Assembly: GCA_028870105.1 (NCBI GenBank)
Contig: JAGWQI010000002.1
Coordinates: forward strand, 1 to 32,217
Source of the DNA: Patescibacteria group bacterium
Lineage (GTDB): Bacteria > Patescibacteriota > Doudnabacteria > UBA920
Length of the DNA: 32,217 bases
Direction: 5' to 3'
Made by a program: the position numbers and the translations under genes
The notes under the pieces: generated by a model
Database searches by the model: none
Told to the model about the DNA's origin: nothing
The model's input: only the letters and a program-made list of their open reading frames with translations
Part shown: positions 7,919 through 16,479 of the stretch, piece by piece
Layout of the letters: each line of letters opens with the position of its first letter
Position numbering within the stretch: position 1 is the stretch's first letter

Positions 7919-9703
7919 TTATTCCACAACCGCTTTAATTCTACGAACACCTGCCGAAGAAGCTTCTTCTTTTTGTATTTTAAACTTACCGATCACGCCG
8001 GTATGCTCAACGTGCGGCCCGCCGCAAAACTCGCGCGAAATAACCTCGCCGGTTTTAGGGTCAAACACCGTGTAAATCGACACGGTATCGGCATACTTTT
8101 CACCGAATACCCCGATGGCGTTTAATTTGCGCGCTTCGTCCAAAGTCATAATCTCCTTTTTGACCGTAAAATCACGCTCGATCCAACCGTTTACTAAAGC
8201 TTCTACCGCGCTCTTTTCCGCCTCGGTCATTTTTTGTCCGTGGGTAAAATCAAAACGCGTGCGCTCTTCGGTAATATTGCTCCCCTTCTGCCAAACCTGG
8301 CCCCCTAACACTTGACGCAACGCGGCGTTCATCAAGTGCGTGGCGGTGTGCAATCGTACGATTTTTTCCGAATGCGACGCCAAGCCGCCTTTAAACTGCC
8401 CGGCAGACGCGGTCCGAGACAATTCCTGGTGTTTTTTGAATTCCGCCTCAAACTGGGACTTGTCGATTTTTTGCCCAGACTGTTCGGCTAACTCTTTAGT
8501 CAATTCCCACGGGAACCCGTACGTTTGATAAAGATCAAACGCGGTTTTCCCGTCAATCAACTCGCTTGATTTTTTGATTAACTTCTCAAATTCCTTAAGC
8601 CCTTTTTCCAAAGTCGCCTCAAATTTCTTTTGTTCCGCCAAAATTACGTCAAATGTCTGGTTTGCCTTATCGACTAAATCAGGATAGGCCTGTGCGTAGC
8701 CGGCTACGACTTTGCCAATCAGCGCCTCGAGCCAGTGATACTTCAAATTAAGCAGCCGACCCATAACCAAAGCGCGCCGCAGCAACCGCCGCAGCACGTA
8801 GCCGCGATCCTTATTTGAAGGCTGTACGCCGTCGTTAACCATGAAGACCGAAGCGCGAACGTGATCTAAAACAATTCTGGCGCGCTTAATTTCATCGTTG
8901 CTCATAACTTCTTGGTCCAACGCCAGCACGTCCCACATTGGCTTGAACAGTTCGGTGTCATAGACCGACCTTTGTCCATTTAGCACAGTCAAAGTGCGGT
9001 CAAGCCCCATTCCGGTATCGACATTCTTTTTCTTAAGCGGGACCAGCTTGCCGTCCGGCATTTTTTCAAACTGCATAAACACGTCATTCCAAATCTCCAC
9101 CCAGCGCGGGTCTTTTTCAGTTTCCTGAAAATTTTCCGGGGCAGGCGTGCCGTCATCTATCCAATAAAACATTTCCGTGTCCGGACCGCAGGGGCCGGCA
9201 TTGCCGGCAATCCACCAGTTGTTTTCTTTAGGCAGGTACGCAATACGCCCTGGTTTAAGGCCCAGCATCTTCCAAATCTCAGCCGCTTCTTCGTCCCGTG
9301 GCGCATCGTTGTCGCCGGCAAACACCGATACGGCCAAGCGCTCCAGCGGAATACCCAAATATTCCGAAAAAGTAAGAAACTCAAAGCTCCATTTTATGGC
9401 GTCTGATTTAAAATAATCGCCCAGACTCCAGTTGCCAAGCATTTCAAAAAACGTCAGGTGGGTATTATCGCCAACCTCGTCAATATCCCCGGTGCGAATG
9501 CATTTTTGCACGTTCGTCAGCCGCGTGCCGCCCGGATGACTTACCCCAAGCAAATAAGGCACCAGCGGATGCATCCCGGCGGTAGTGAACAGCACGGAAG
9601 GATCGTTTTCCGGCACCAAAGAAGCCGAAGGGATAATTGTGTGCCCTTTGGACTGGAAAAATTTGAGATATTTATCGCGAAGTTCTTGAGCAGTAATTTT
9701 CAT
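7919..9703 (-). CDS. alaS: Alanine--tRNA ligase, short form lacking the C-terminal C-Ala domain
   Basis: MKITAQELRDKYLKFFQSKGHTIIPSASLVP.NDPSVLFTTAGM, WNDVFMQF, VDTGMGLDR. Editing-domain metal ligands HTATHLMNAAL and CGGPHV. Ends right after SSAGVRRIKAVVE. Confidence 0.93.
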   Translation of the reverse strand: MKITAQELRDKYLKFFQSKGHTIIPSASLVPENDPSVLFTTAGMHPLVPYLLGVSHPGGTRLTNVQKCIRTGDIDEVGDNTHLTFFEMLGNWSLGDYFKSDAIKWSFEFLTFSEYLGIPLERLAVSVFAGDNDAPRDEEAAEIWKMLGLKPGRIAYLPKENNWWIAGNAGPCGPDTEMFYWIDDGTPAPENFQETEKDPRWVEIWNDVFMQFEKMPDGKLVPLKKKNVDTGMGLDRTLTVLNGQRSVYDTELFKPMWDVLALDQEVMSNDEIKRARIVLDHVRASVFMVNDGVQPSNKDRGYVLRRLLRRALVMGRLLNLKYHWLEALIGKVVAGYAQAYPDLVDKANQTFDVILAEQKKFEATLEKGLKEFEKLIKKSSELIDGKTAFDLYQTYGFPWELTKELAEQSGQKIDKSQFEAEFKKHQELSRTASAGQFKGGLASHSEKIVRLHTATHLMNAALRQVLGGQVWQKGSNITEERTRFDFTHGQKMTEAEKSAVEALVNGWIERDFTVKKEIMTLDEARKLNAIGVFGEKYADTVSIYTVFDPKTGEVISREFCGGPHVEHTGVIGKFKIQKEEASSAGVRRIKAVVE

Positions 9704-9733
9704 TGCACGCTAATCCACTAATCGCACGAATAG

Positions 9734-9772
9734 CACGAATTTCATATTAATTTAGTGAAATTGTGATTCGTG
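9734..9772 (-). terminator. AT-rich hairpin between the ctp-like gene and alaS (weak terminator or attenuator)
   Basis: cacgaatttca (9734-9744) pairs with tgaaatt..attcgtg (9756-9772), leaving a 3-nt bulge. There is no clear T-run, hence the low confidence. Confidence 0.3.
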
Positions 9773-9782
9773 AATAGATAAA

Positions 9783-11078
9783 TTACTTAAACAGCTCCTT
9801 GACCGCGGAATCCATTTGCGGATCCTTGCCGGCAGTCACATCAGAATCAGTCAGGCCGGCTTTTATGTCCGGGTCTAAACCGTTATGGTTCAAATTTATT
9901 CCTCCCGGCGTAATCCACTTGGCAACCGTCACTTTCACCGCGCCGCCCTCTTTAAGGTCAACCAGCTCCTGAACGCTGCCCTTGCCAAACGACTTTTCAC
10001 CAACCAGCTCGGCTTTTTTATGGTCATGCAGCGCACCGGCAAAAATCTCCGCAGCTGAGGCGCTGCCGCCGTTAATCAGCACTATGGTCTTAATATCAGC
10101 CAAACGGTTATTGCCTTCGGCCTTGTAAATTTGGCTGGTGCCGTCGCTGTGCGCTTCGGTCACCACCACATCCCCGGGGTTGACCCAAGACGAGGCGATG
10201 TCTACGGCGGACTGTAAATAGCCGCCGGGGTTGTTTCGTTCATCAACAATAATACCCTGCACGCCTTGCTGTAAAATCTCATTCACGGCCTGGCTGAACA
10301 GCCCGTCGGTGTCGTCGCCGTATTGGGAAATGCTAATAATCGCAATCTTTTTGCTCGCGCCATTTTCATTTACAGTTTTTACTTCCCACTTAACGCTTTT
10401 AATACGAATGGTATCGCGGGTTATGGTCACGTCGAAAGGCTGGTTTTTGCCCTGGCGCACAATGGTTAAAGTCACTTTGGTGCCCTTGGGCCCGCGGATC
10501 TTGTCTACCGCTTGCTCTACGCTCCAATCACTTACCGCTTCACCATTAACTTTGGCGATGATATCTTGGGCCTTTAAGCCGGCAGCCTGCGCGGGCATAC
10601 CGTCGAGCGGCGCCACGATTACAATGTTTCCATCTTTCTTGCCGACTTCGGCGCCAATGCCGTCAAAGCTGCCCTTTAAACTAGTTTCAAAATTATTTAA
10701 ATCACTCGGGGTAAAGTAAGTCGTGTAGGGATCACCGATAGCCTCCACGGCGCCTTTGACCGCGCCGTAAAGGACTTTCTGCTGGTCGATTGGCCGGTCA
10801 ATATATTTTTGGTTAACTGTATTGACTGCGTCCCACAACAAATTATAGTCAACGGTTTGCGCTTGATCGCTCTGATTAACAACTTTAAACTCTTTTGGCA
10901 GGTAAATATAGCCGCTGCGGCCCATGCGATAGCCAAAGCCATAGCAAGCCACGGCCACGACCAAAACAATAATCTGCCACTTGTACTTTGAAGCTAACCT
11001 GCGACGGTCAAACTTCTGCGGCTGAAGGTTTATGCCGTCAGACCGCTCTTGATCTTGATTTTCCTGGTTTAAATCCAT
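9783..11078 (-). CDS. S41 family C-terminal processing peptidase with N-terminal membrane anchor and PDZ domain
   Basis: GIGAEVGKKDG..IVAPLDGMPAQAAGLKAQDIIAKVNG (PDZ). LINGGSASAAEIFAGAL and GEKSFGKGSVQ (S41 Ser/Lys). Start moved to the ATG at 11078 (MDLNQEN...), because the track's 11186 start would overlap the upstream GT2 gene. Confidence 0.85.
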   Translation of the reverse strand: MDLNQENQDQERSDGINLQPQKFDRRRLASKYKWQIIVLVVAVACYGFGYRMGRSGYIYLPKEFKVVNQSDQAQTVDYNLLWDAVNTVNQKYIDRPIDQQKVLYGAVKGAVEAIGDPYTTYFTPSDLNNFETSLKGSFDGIGAEVGKKDGNIVIVAPLDGMPAQAAGLKAQDIIAKVNGEAVSDWSVEQAVDKIRGPKGTKVTLTIVRQGKNQPFDVTITRDTIRIKSVKWEVKTVNENGASKKIAIISISQYGDDTDGLFSQAVNEILQQGVQGIIVDERNNPGGYLQSAVDIASSWVNPGDVVVTEAHSDGTSQIYKAEGNNRLADIKTIVLINGGSASAAEIFAGALHDHKKAELVGEKSFGKGSVQELVDLKEGGAVKVTVAKWITPGGINLNHNGLDPDIKAGLTDSDVTAGKDPQMDSAVKELFK

Positions 11079-11133
11079 ATTTTCTTTAAGTAATTTAGCT
11101 TTATAGTACCATAATCGGATGGTTTTTACCAAA

Positions 11134-12012
11134 TCATTTACTGACAATAGGCCGCCTCTTAACCAGGTTAACCACCAACAAAGCACTTAAGCGCGAGTAA
11201 ATACCCAGCCAGATTAACCAATTAAATAAAAAGAAGTAACTGTCGGCGTAGCGCTTTTGGTAAAAAATCCACATTGAATCGTGAAAAGCTTTCAGCATCT
11301 TAAACGGAGCCTTTTTGCTCGACTCTCCTTTGTAATGGAATGCCGTAACCTTAGGGTAATACCAAACTTTAAAGCCGGCTTGTTTGCAGCGCCAGCACCA
11401 ATCTAAATCTTCCCCGTACATAAAAAAACTTTCATCGAGCAAACCAATCTTATCAATGACGCTTTTTTGAATTAGCAAAAAAGCGCCGACCACGCTGTCG
11501 ACTTCCATGCTTTGGTTCTCGTCTACATTGGAATAATTGTAATCCCGATTGTCTTTTAAAAATAGCCGTTTAAAACTATTCCAAGGATTCGGAAAGCGCC
11601 GCCGACAAGCCAGGTCGAGTTCGCCGTTGGCTTTGATAAGCTTACAGCCACTTATCCCCACGTCCGGCCGGGACTCCATAAAATCGAGCATGGTCTTAAA
11701 CGTTTCCGGCCCAACTTTAGTGTCGGGATTAAGCAATAAAATGTATTTGCCGGTTGCCCGTTTGATGCCGATGTTATTGCCCGCAGCAAAACCGTTGTTG
11801 ATATTTTGAATAGCTTGTAGCTTGTAGCTGGTAGCTTGTAGCCACTGTATTGTGCCGTCGCCAGAGCCGTTGTCGACCACAATAACTTCTGCGCTATAAC
11901 CATCGGCACTGTTGTTAAAATTAACACCTTCCGACGCAAAGATGCTCGGCAGCAGCACTGCCAGATGGTCTTTGGATTTGAAGGATAAAATGATTATGGA
12001 CAGATCAAGCAT
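11134..12012 (-). CDS. Family 2 glycosyltransferase
   Basis: LSIIILSFKSKDHL, VVDNGSGDGT, NNGFAAGNNIGI, LLNPDT, EDLDWCWR are GT2 hallmarks. ATG overlaps the upstream GT2 stop by 8 nt. TGA stop. Confidence 0.85.
   Translation of the reverse strand: MLDLSIIILSFKSKDHLAVLLPSIFASEGVNFNNSADGYSAEVIVVDNGSGDGTIQWLQATSYKLQAIQNINNGFAAGNNIGIKRATGKYILLLNPDTKVGPETFKTMLDFMESRPDVGISGCKLIKANGELDLACRRRFPNPWNSFKRLFLKDNRDYNYSNVDENQSMEVDSVVGAFLLIQKSVIDKIGLLDESFFMYGEDLDWCWRCKQAGFKVWYYPKVTAFHYKGESSKKAPFKMLKAFHDSMWIFYQKRYADSYFFLFNWLIWLGIYSRLSALLVVNLVKRRPIVSK
11811..11845. repeat. Heptanucleotide tandem repeat inside the GT2 gene
   Basis: TAGCTTG TAGCTTG TAGCTGG TAGCTTG TAGCcac read directly. On the coding strand it encodes LQATSYKLQAI. 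Confidence 0.9.
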
Positions 12013-12970
12013 TAGACGGCAATTGTTTTATGAGCTTTCTTTTATGCCACATTTTTGGCAGCAGCTTAAGCATATTCGGCACAATTGTTAGCGTTCCGAT
12101 TTCGAACAAAATAATATAACCAAGCATAAAAAATTCGCGCACAAAAAACTGAGGATGCAGCCGCCTTGAATTCTTAATATAGGCGAATATATGATTCTGG
12201 TAACTATACTTCCTTATAAACGAGCTTAGTTTCTTATGGTATTTTATGTAAGCGAACACTTTTTTATACCCACCTACTGTCCCGGCCGCGCCGCGGGCAT
12301 GGAAAGCAACGGCCGAAGGCATAAAAATATTTTTCCAGCCGTAATTATCCATCCGCCAGCTTAGGTCAACATCTTCGTACGTAGTGTTAAAATCACCATC
12401 AAAATAACCCGAAGATTCTTTTATTTTTTCCAAAGTTGCGCGACGATACATCGCCCCAGCCGCGCAGACTCCAGGGACCAGCCGCTCGCCGTCAAACTGG
12501 CCACAATCAATGTCGTGCTGCCCCCTATCCAGCACGCGGCCTGATTTATTAAAAACCAGACCCGTTGTATCCAAAACCTTCCGGGTACGATCTGGCGCCA
12601 TGGGCGCGGTGTTCCATTGATAAAGCTTGCCAGTTGCGGCGCCAACTTTGGGATCATCAAATGCCTTAAGTAACCGCTCGATGTAGTCTGGCTCCATCAC
12701 AAGGTCTGGATTGACCAGCTGGAAAAACTCACTTTGGTATTTGCTGAAAACCAGATTATGGCCGGCGGCAAAGCCAATGTTATAGCCGGGATCAATTATC
12801 TCAACTTGCGGAAATTTTTGAGCTAAAAATTCCTTGCCGCCATCCTGATTTCCGGCAATTACTGCCACCGCCTGAAAATCCTTAAACGTCTGGTTAAATA
12901 TCGCGGAAAACACCGGTTCAATGAACCGGCGATTATTATACACAACTTGGATAACAGTAATGCGCGGCAT
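12005..12970 (-). CDS. Family 2 glycosyltransferase (rhamnosyltransferase-like)
   Basis: ITVIQVVYNNRRFIEPVFSAIFNQT, GYNIGFAAGHNLVF, VNPDLV, YEDVDLSWR. TGA stop. Confidence 0.85.
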   Translation of the reverse strand: MPRITVIQVVYNNRRFIEPVFSAIFNQTFKDFQAVAVIAGNQDGGKEFLAQKFPQVEIIDPGYNIGFAAGHNLVFSKYQSEFFQLVNPDLVMEPDYIERLLKAFDDPKVGAATGKLYQWNTAPMAPDRTRKVLDTTGLVFNKSGRVLDRGQHDIDCGQFDGERLVPGVCAAGAMYRRATLEKIKESSGYFDGDFNTTYEDVDLSWRMDNYGWKNIFMPSAVAFHARGAAGTVGGYKKVFAYIKYHKKLSSFIRKYSYQNHIFAYIKNSRRLHPQFFVREFFMLGYIILFEIGTLTIVPNMLKLLPKMWHKRKLIKQLPSNA

Positions 12971-13029
12971 AACAAAAAATTCGACAAAAGCGAAACCGTG
13001 GCCGCAAAATTTTCTATAAACCAGCCAAA

Positions 13030-14613
13030 CTATTCTGCAACGTTTTCCTCATACTCATGATATCGCTTCACGATTAAACCGGCAACTCCCAAATTAAGGA
13101 AAAAATACATTAAAACTTTGTCGTTAAACAAAGTGACATCGAACACCGCAGCGGCCAAAATCCACAGCAGCATCAGCAACGCCTGGGCCACAAAATAGAC
13201 CAAAAAATCTTCCGCGTGCTTATGGTGCCGCACAAAGGTCCAAAAATAACGCACAGCCGACAACCAAAACAAGGCAAAGGCCAAAAATCCAAGCAGTCCG
13301 GCTTCCACCAGGACTTGCAAATAAAGGCTGTGCGCCGAAACATATTTAGCGGGCAGGTTATAGCGTTTTACAATCCTTGCCGAAGCTTGGTTGTAATCAG
13401 CCAGTCCCTGAGACTGACTCAATGACATAATAAAATTGCCAAACCCCACGCCCCAGGGATGGCGGGCGGCAAACGCCGCACTTTCAGCCCACATGGCCAA
13501 ACGCCCTTGGTTGGAGGTCTCTTGCAAGTTATAGATCGAAGTGGCGCGAACCAAAAAATTCTCCTGAAATTTGCCGACTCGAATGTAAGCCAACCCCCGA
13601 TTAAAAATCGGCGAAACGGCAAACAAGGCAAAAATAATTAAAAATGGGATCAAGAACTTGCGTGCCAAATGCTTTTGAAAATTTTTATAATGCGCCACGG
13701 CCACAGCCAAAAACGGCGCGACCATGCCGGCCCAAACCGCCCGCGTACCCGAAAGCATTAATCCCAAGGCGGCAAAACGAATCCCCGACCACAGCCACTT
13801 TTTAATATGTTTAAAAACGCTGCGCGTCAACGCCGTACCCATGCACAACGCAATCAGACAGACGTAAGCGAAACTTTGCGAGTCCGGCATAATAGAAAAC
13901 ATGCGCAGTTCGCGCGTCCCCGAGTAAGAAAACCAAGAATTAGAATACAGCGAAACCCCCGCTAAGCTGGCCCCATAATAAAGCTTGGTGATGTTCACGG
14001 CCCAAAAAACCCAAAAAGTATCCAGGTCGGTCAAAAATGTGCCAATCAGCTGGGCAAACCCCAGCGTGACGATAATAGCCAGCGACCAAATTACGTAACG
14101 AATTAATTCAAAAATCTGCTGTTTATTTTTTAGCGTGTTGACCAGGACCAAATACATGCAATAAATGTTCAGCCAAAAGAGTACCTGCTTTATCGCCTCC
14201 ACGCGAAACTGCCCGAACAGCATAGCCGAAAGCAGGCCAAGTCCCGCAAACCAGGCCAGATATTTATCCCAAGGCAGCCAAACTAAATCCCGAATGCGGA
14301 ATTTTTTATCGCGGGCCAGCCAAACCATGAATAACGCCGCGTACAAGATGCGCCACATCGGCAGCGCTTCAAAAGTATGATTTGGCACGGCCACGGAAAA
14401 CGGGATAGACAACACCAACAACAAAAGCGATTCGTAAACCGGACTAAGCACCACAAATGCAAGCAATAAGCCCAGATTTAGCCACACCAAAGAATCTGGC
14501 CAATGCAAAACGGCCATGCCGGCCACGCTTAGATACTGCCAAACGGTGAACAAAATAATCAGCAAGCGCAACTTGGGCAAAGCCTTAATTTTTTCCAAAA
14601 GTTCTTTGGTCAT
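13030..14613 (-). CDS. O-antigen ligase / Wzy-like polytopic membrane protein
   Basis: About 12 hydrophobic helices. A Wzy_C-like segment LGLMLSGTRAVWAGM followed by a large loop. Context among GTs and a flippase. Confidence 0.65.
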   Translation of the reverse strand: MTKELLEKIKALPKLRLLIILFTVWQYLSVAGMAVLHWPDSLVWLNLGLLLAFVVLSPVYESLLLLVLSIPFSVAVPNHTFEALPMWRILYAALFMVWLARDKKFRIRDLVWLPWDKYLAWFAGLGLLSAMLFGQFRVEAIKQVLFWLNIYCMYLVLVNTLKNKQQIFELIRYVIWSLAIIVTLGFAQLIGTFLTDLDTFWVFWAVNITKLYYGASLAGVSLYSNSWFSYSGTRELRMFSIMPDSQSFAYVCLIALCMGTALTRSVFKHIKKWLWSGIRFAALGLMLSGTRAVWAGMVAPFLAVAVAHYKNFQKHLARKFLIPFLIIFALFAVSPIFNRGLAYIRVGKFQENFLVRATSIYNLQETSNQGRLAMWAESAAFAARHPWGVGFGNFIMSLSQSQGLADYNQASARIVKRYNLPAKYVSAHSLYLQVLVEAGLLGFLAFALFWLSAVRYFWTFVRHHKHAEDFLVYFVAQALLMLLWILAAAVFDVTLFNDKVLMYFFLNLGVAGLIVKRYHEYEENVAE

Positions 14614-14622
14614 ACAAAATAT

Positions 14623-15720
14623 TTAGTCCTGTTGAATCCCGCTTAACACAGCCAAGGTCTGCTTTGCGCATTTTTCCCAGCTAAATTCCGCCAACCGACG
14701 TCGACCGTTTTCACGTAAACGGTCGGCCAAACCTTTATCCAATAAAATATTTTGGATAGCCTGCTTGATCTGGGCCGCATCGCGCGGGTCAAAATACACC
14801 GCGCCGTCCCCCGCCACCTCTGGCAAGCTCGAAACATTCGAAACCGCCACAGGGACGCCCGCGGCAAAGGCCTCTAATACCTGCATGCCAAAACCTTCGT
14901 AAAAACTTGGCAAAACCAAGGCTTCGGCTTTGGCCAAAATTTGCGCTTTGCGCGGTTCGGACACGTGATTTAAGTAAACCACAATATCGCGGTTTTGTTC
15001 AATGGTGCGCAAGATCTCCTCGTACTTCCAACCAGGTTTGCCCACAACCACCAGGCGGTGCGGCAATTCAGGACGCTCGCGCTTAAGCTGCCGGAAGGCG
15101 GAAATTAAACCAATCAAATTTTTCCGCGGCTGCAGAGTAGATAAAAACAAAATATACCTTTGCGGCAATAGTGGCTCGCGCGGCTCCTTTGCCCCGCCAA
15201 AGGCCGCACCGGACAATTGATACCCATGATGCACAACCGCGATTTTTTCCGGATCAGCACCGTAAAATTTTAGCAAGTCCTGCTTGGTCGACGCGGATAC
15301 CGCAATAACCCGGGCGGCGCGCTTGACGGCAAAACGCGTGGACCATTCCAAAAAGTTTCGCATAAACCAGGTAAAACTTTCGGAAAAATATTTCCAAGCG
15401 GTATCGTGGACAACTACCACGGAATTTACCGGGTGGACCAGCGGCAACGCCGACGCCGGTATCAAAAGCGCGTCGACAGGGTGCCGCCATAATTCCCAAC
15501 TTAAGCGCAACTGCGTCCAAAACAACGGAAACGGCAAAACTTTCAAGTGAAAATTTGCCGGCAACTCCAAAAGCCACTGCTGCGGCGGCGTGCGCAGGTA
15601 CAAGACGTACTGATTTTGCCGGTCAAACTCGGCAAAGTGCAGGATCAGCTGCTTGGCATAATGTTCAACGCCGGTCTTATCCGCTAAATTGGCACGTTCA
15701 GCTTCGATCCCAATAATCAT
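14623..15720 (-). CDS. GT4 (GT-B fold) glycosyltransferase
   Basis: C-terminal EGFGMQVLEAFAAGVPVAVSNVSSLPEVAGD motif typical of GT4/RfaG-like enzymes. Confidence 0.85.
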   Translation of the reverse strand: MIIGIEAERANLADKTGVEHYAKQLILHFAEFDRQNQYVLYLRTPPQQWLLELPANFHLKVLPFPLFWTQLRLSWELWRHPVDALLIPASALPLVHPVNSVVVVHDTAWKYFSESFTWFMRNFLEWSTRFAVKRAARVIAVSASTKQDLLKFYGADPEKIAVVHHGYQLSGAAFGGAKEPREPLLPQRYILFLSTLQPRKNLIGLISAFRQLKRERPELPHRLVVVGKPGWKYEEILRTIEQNRDIVVYLNHVSEPRKAQILAKAEALVLPSFYEGFGMQVLEAFAAGVPVAVSNVSSLPEVAGDGAVYFDPRDAAQIKQAIQNILLDKGLADRLRENGRRRLAEFSWEKCAKQTLAVLSGIQQD

Positions 15721-15726
15721 TCAAAA

Positions 15727-15978
15727 CTATTTAGTAGTTGTGGGTGTGGCGGTAGTCTGAGTCTTTACCGTCGTGGTTTTAGTGCTCCCGTTTAGCCGCT
15801 GTTCCGTGCGGCGATGGACGGTAAAAACCATGGACTGCAAATCGTAATCCGTGGATAAGCTAAACTGAAACCAATAAACCAAACCGCCCAAAATTGAGGC
15901 AATAACAAAAATAATCACAAGTGGCCAAAACGCCTTGAAATGCTTGTGCGGCGTGGCGGGGTCGTTAAGTTCGGGCAT
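15727..15978 (-). CDS. Small single-pass membrane protein with a Thr-rich tail
   Basis: 83-aa ORF with TM helix FWPLVIIFVIASILGGLVYWF and a TTVKTQTTATPTTTK tail, packed 6 nt upstream of GT4. No family recognised. Confidence 0.5.
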   Translation of the reverse strand: MPELNDPATPHKHFKAFWPLVIIFVIASILGGLVYWFQFSLSTDYDLQSMVFTVHRRTEQRLNGSTKTTTVKTQTTATPTTTK

Positions 15979-16059
15979 ATTTTTTTGTTTCTTTTGGCCC
16001 GTGATGGGCCGAAGTTAATGACAAATTTATTATAACAAATTTTTGCCGCCGCGCAAAAA

Positions 16060-16479
16060 CTAAAGCAGGGAACTTTTATACTTTTGGGGCTGATAAGGCC
16101 GCAGTCTGGCGATTTTCACTTTTAAACCTTTCTGGCGGAGCCGTTTTACCAACCCTTTAGTGTAAGCTGTTTGATCATAACCCAGGCCGATAATCTCCGG
16201 ATTTAATTTTACAATATGGCCCAAATAATCCTCCGCGGCCGCCAAGACCGCCTGGTTTACAATCTTAACTCTCCTGACCGCGGCTAAACGGCTGCGCTCG
16301 CTATGGCGCGGCCGCCGACCCTTAATCCTCCGGACATTAACTGACTTGGCCACAGACACGATCAAAAAAGGCCGACGGGCCAAGTGACGCGCTTGCCGAA
16401 AAAAATTTAAGTGCCCGGAGTGCAACACGTCAAAAGTTCCAAATACCAGTATTCGAGTTTGGTGAATTGATTTAGGCAA
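16060..16479 (-). CDS. Cytidylyltransferase-like nucleotidyltransferase (TagD / RibL-like)
   Basis: ILVFGTFDVLHSGHLNFFRQAR is the (T/H)xGH nucleotidyltransferase motif. I place the start at TTG 16479, preceded by AAGGAGG plus a 6-nt spacer. It overlaps the flippase stop by 8 nt. Confidence 0.7.
   Translation of the reverse strand: MPKSIHQTRILVFGTFDVLHSGHLNFFRQARHLARRPFLIVSVAKSVNVRRIKGRRPRHSERSRLAAVRRVKIVNQAVLAAAEDYLGHIVKLNPEIIGLGYDQTAYTKGLVKRLRQKGLKVKIARLRPYQPQKYKSSLL

Noticed and set aside
9722-9772. Repeated gcacgaat/attcgtg words that might suggest a repeat array or CRISPR fragment.
   Set aside because: There are only two direct copies plus one inverted copy, forming a single hairpin. 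There is no spacer-repeat periodicity and no cas genes.
9783-11186. Longer N-terminal versions of several track ORFs: 9783..11186, 16060..16524, 16472..17941, 18048..19535, 2839..3459 and 24440..25954.
   Set aside because: In each case the extra residues overlap the upstream gene or a terminator, or precede a canonical N-terminus (MRYTGPK for S4, or a signal peptide). A better-placed internal start, often with an SD, exists.
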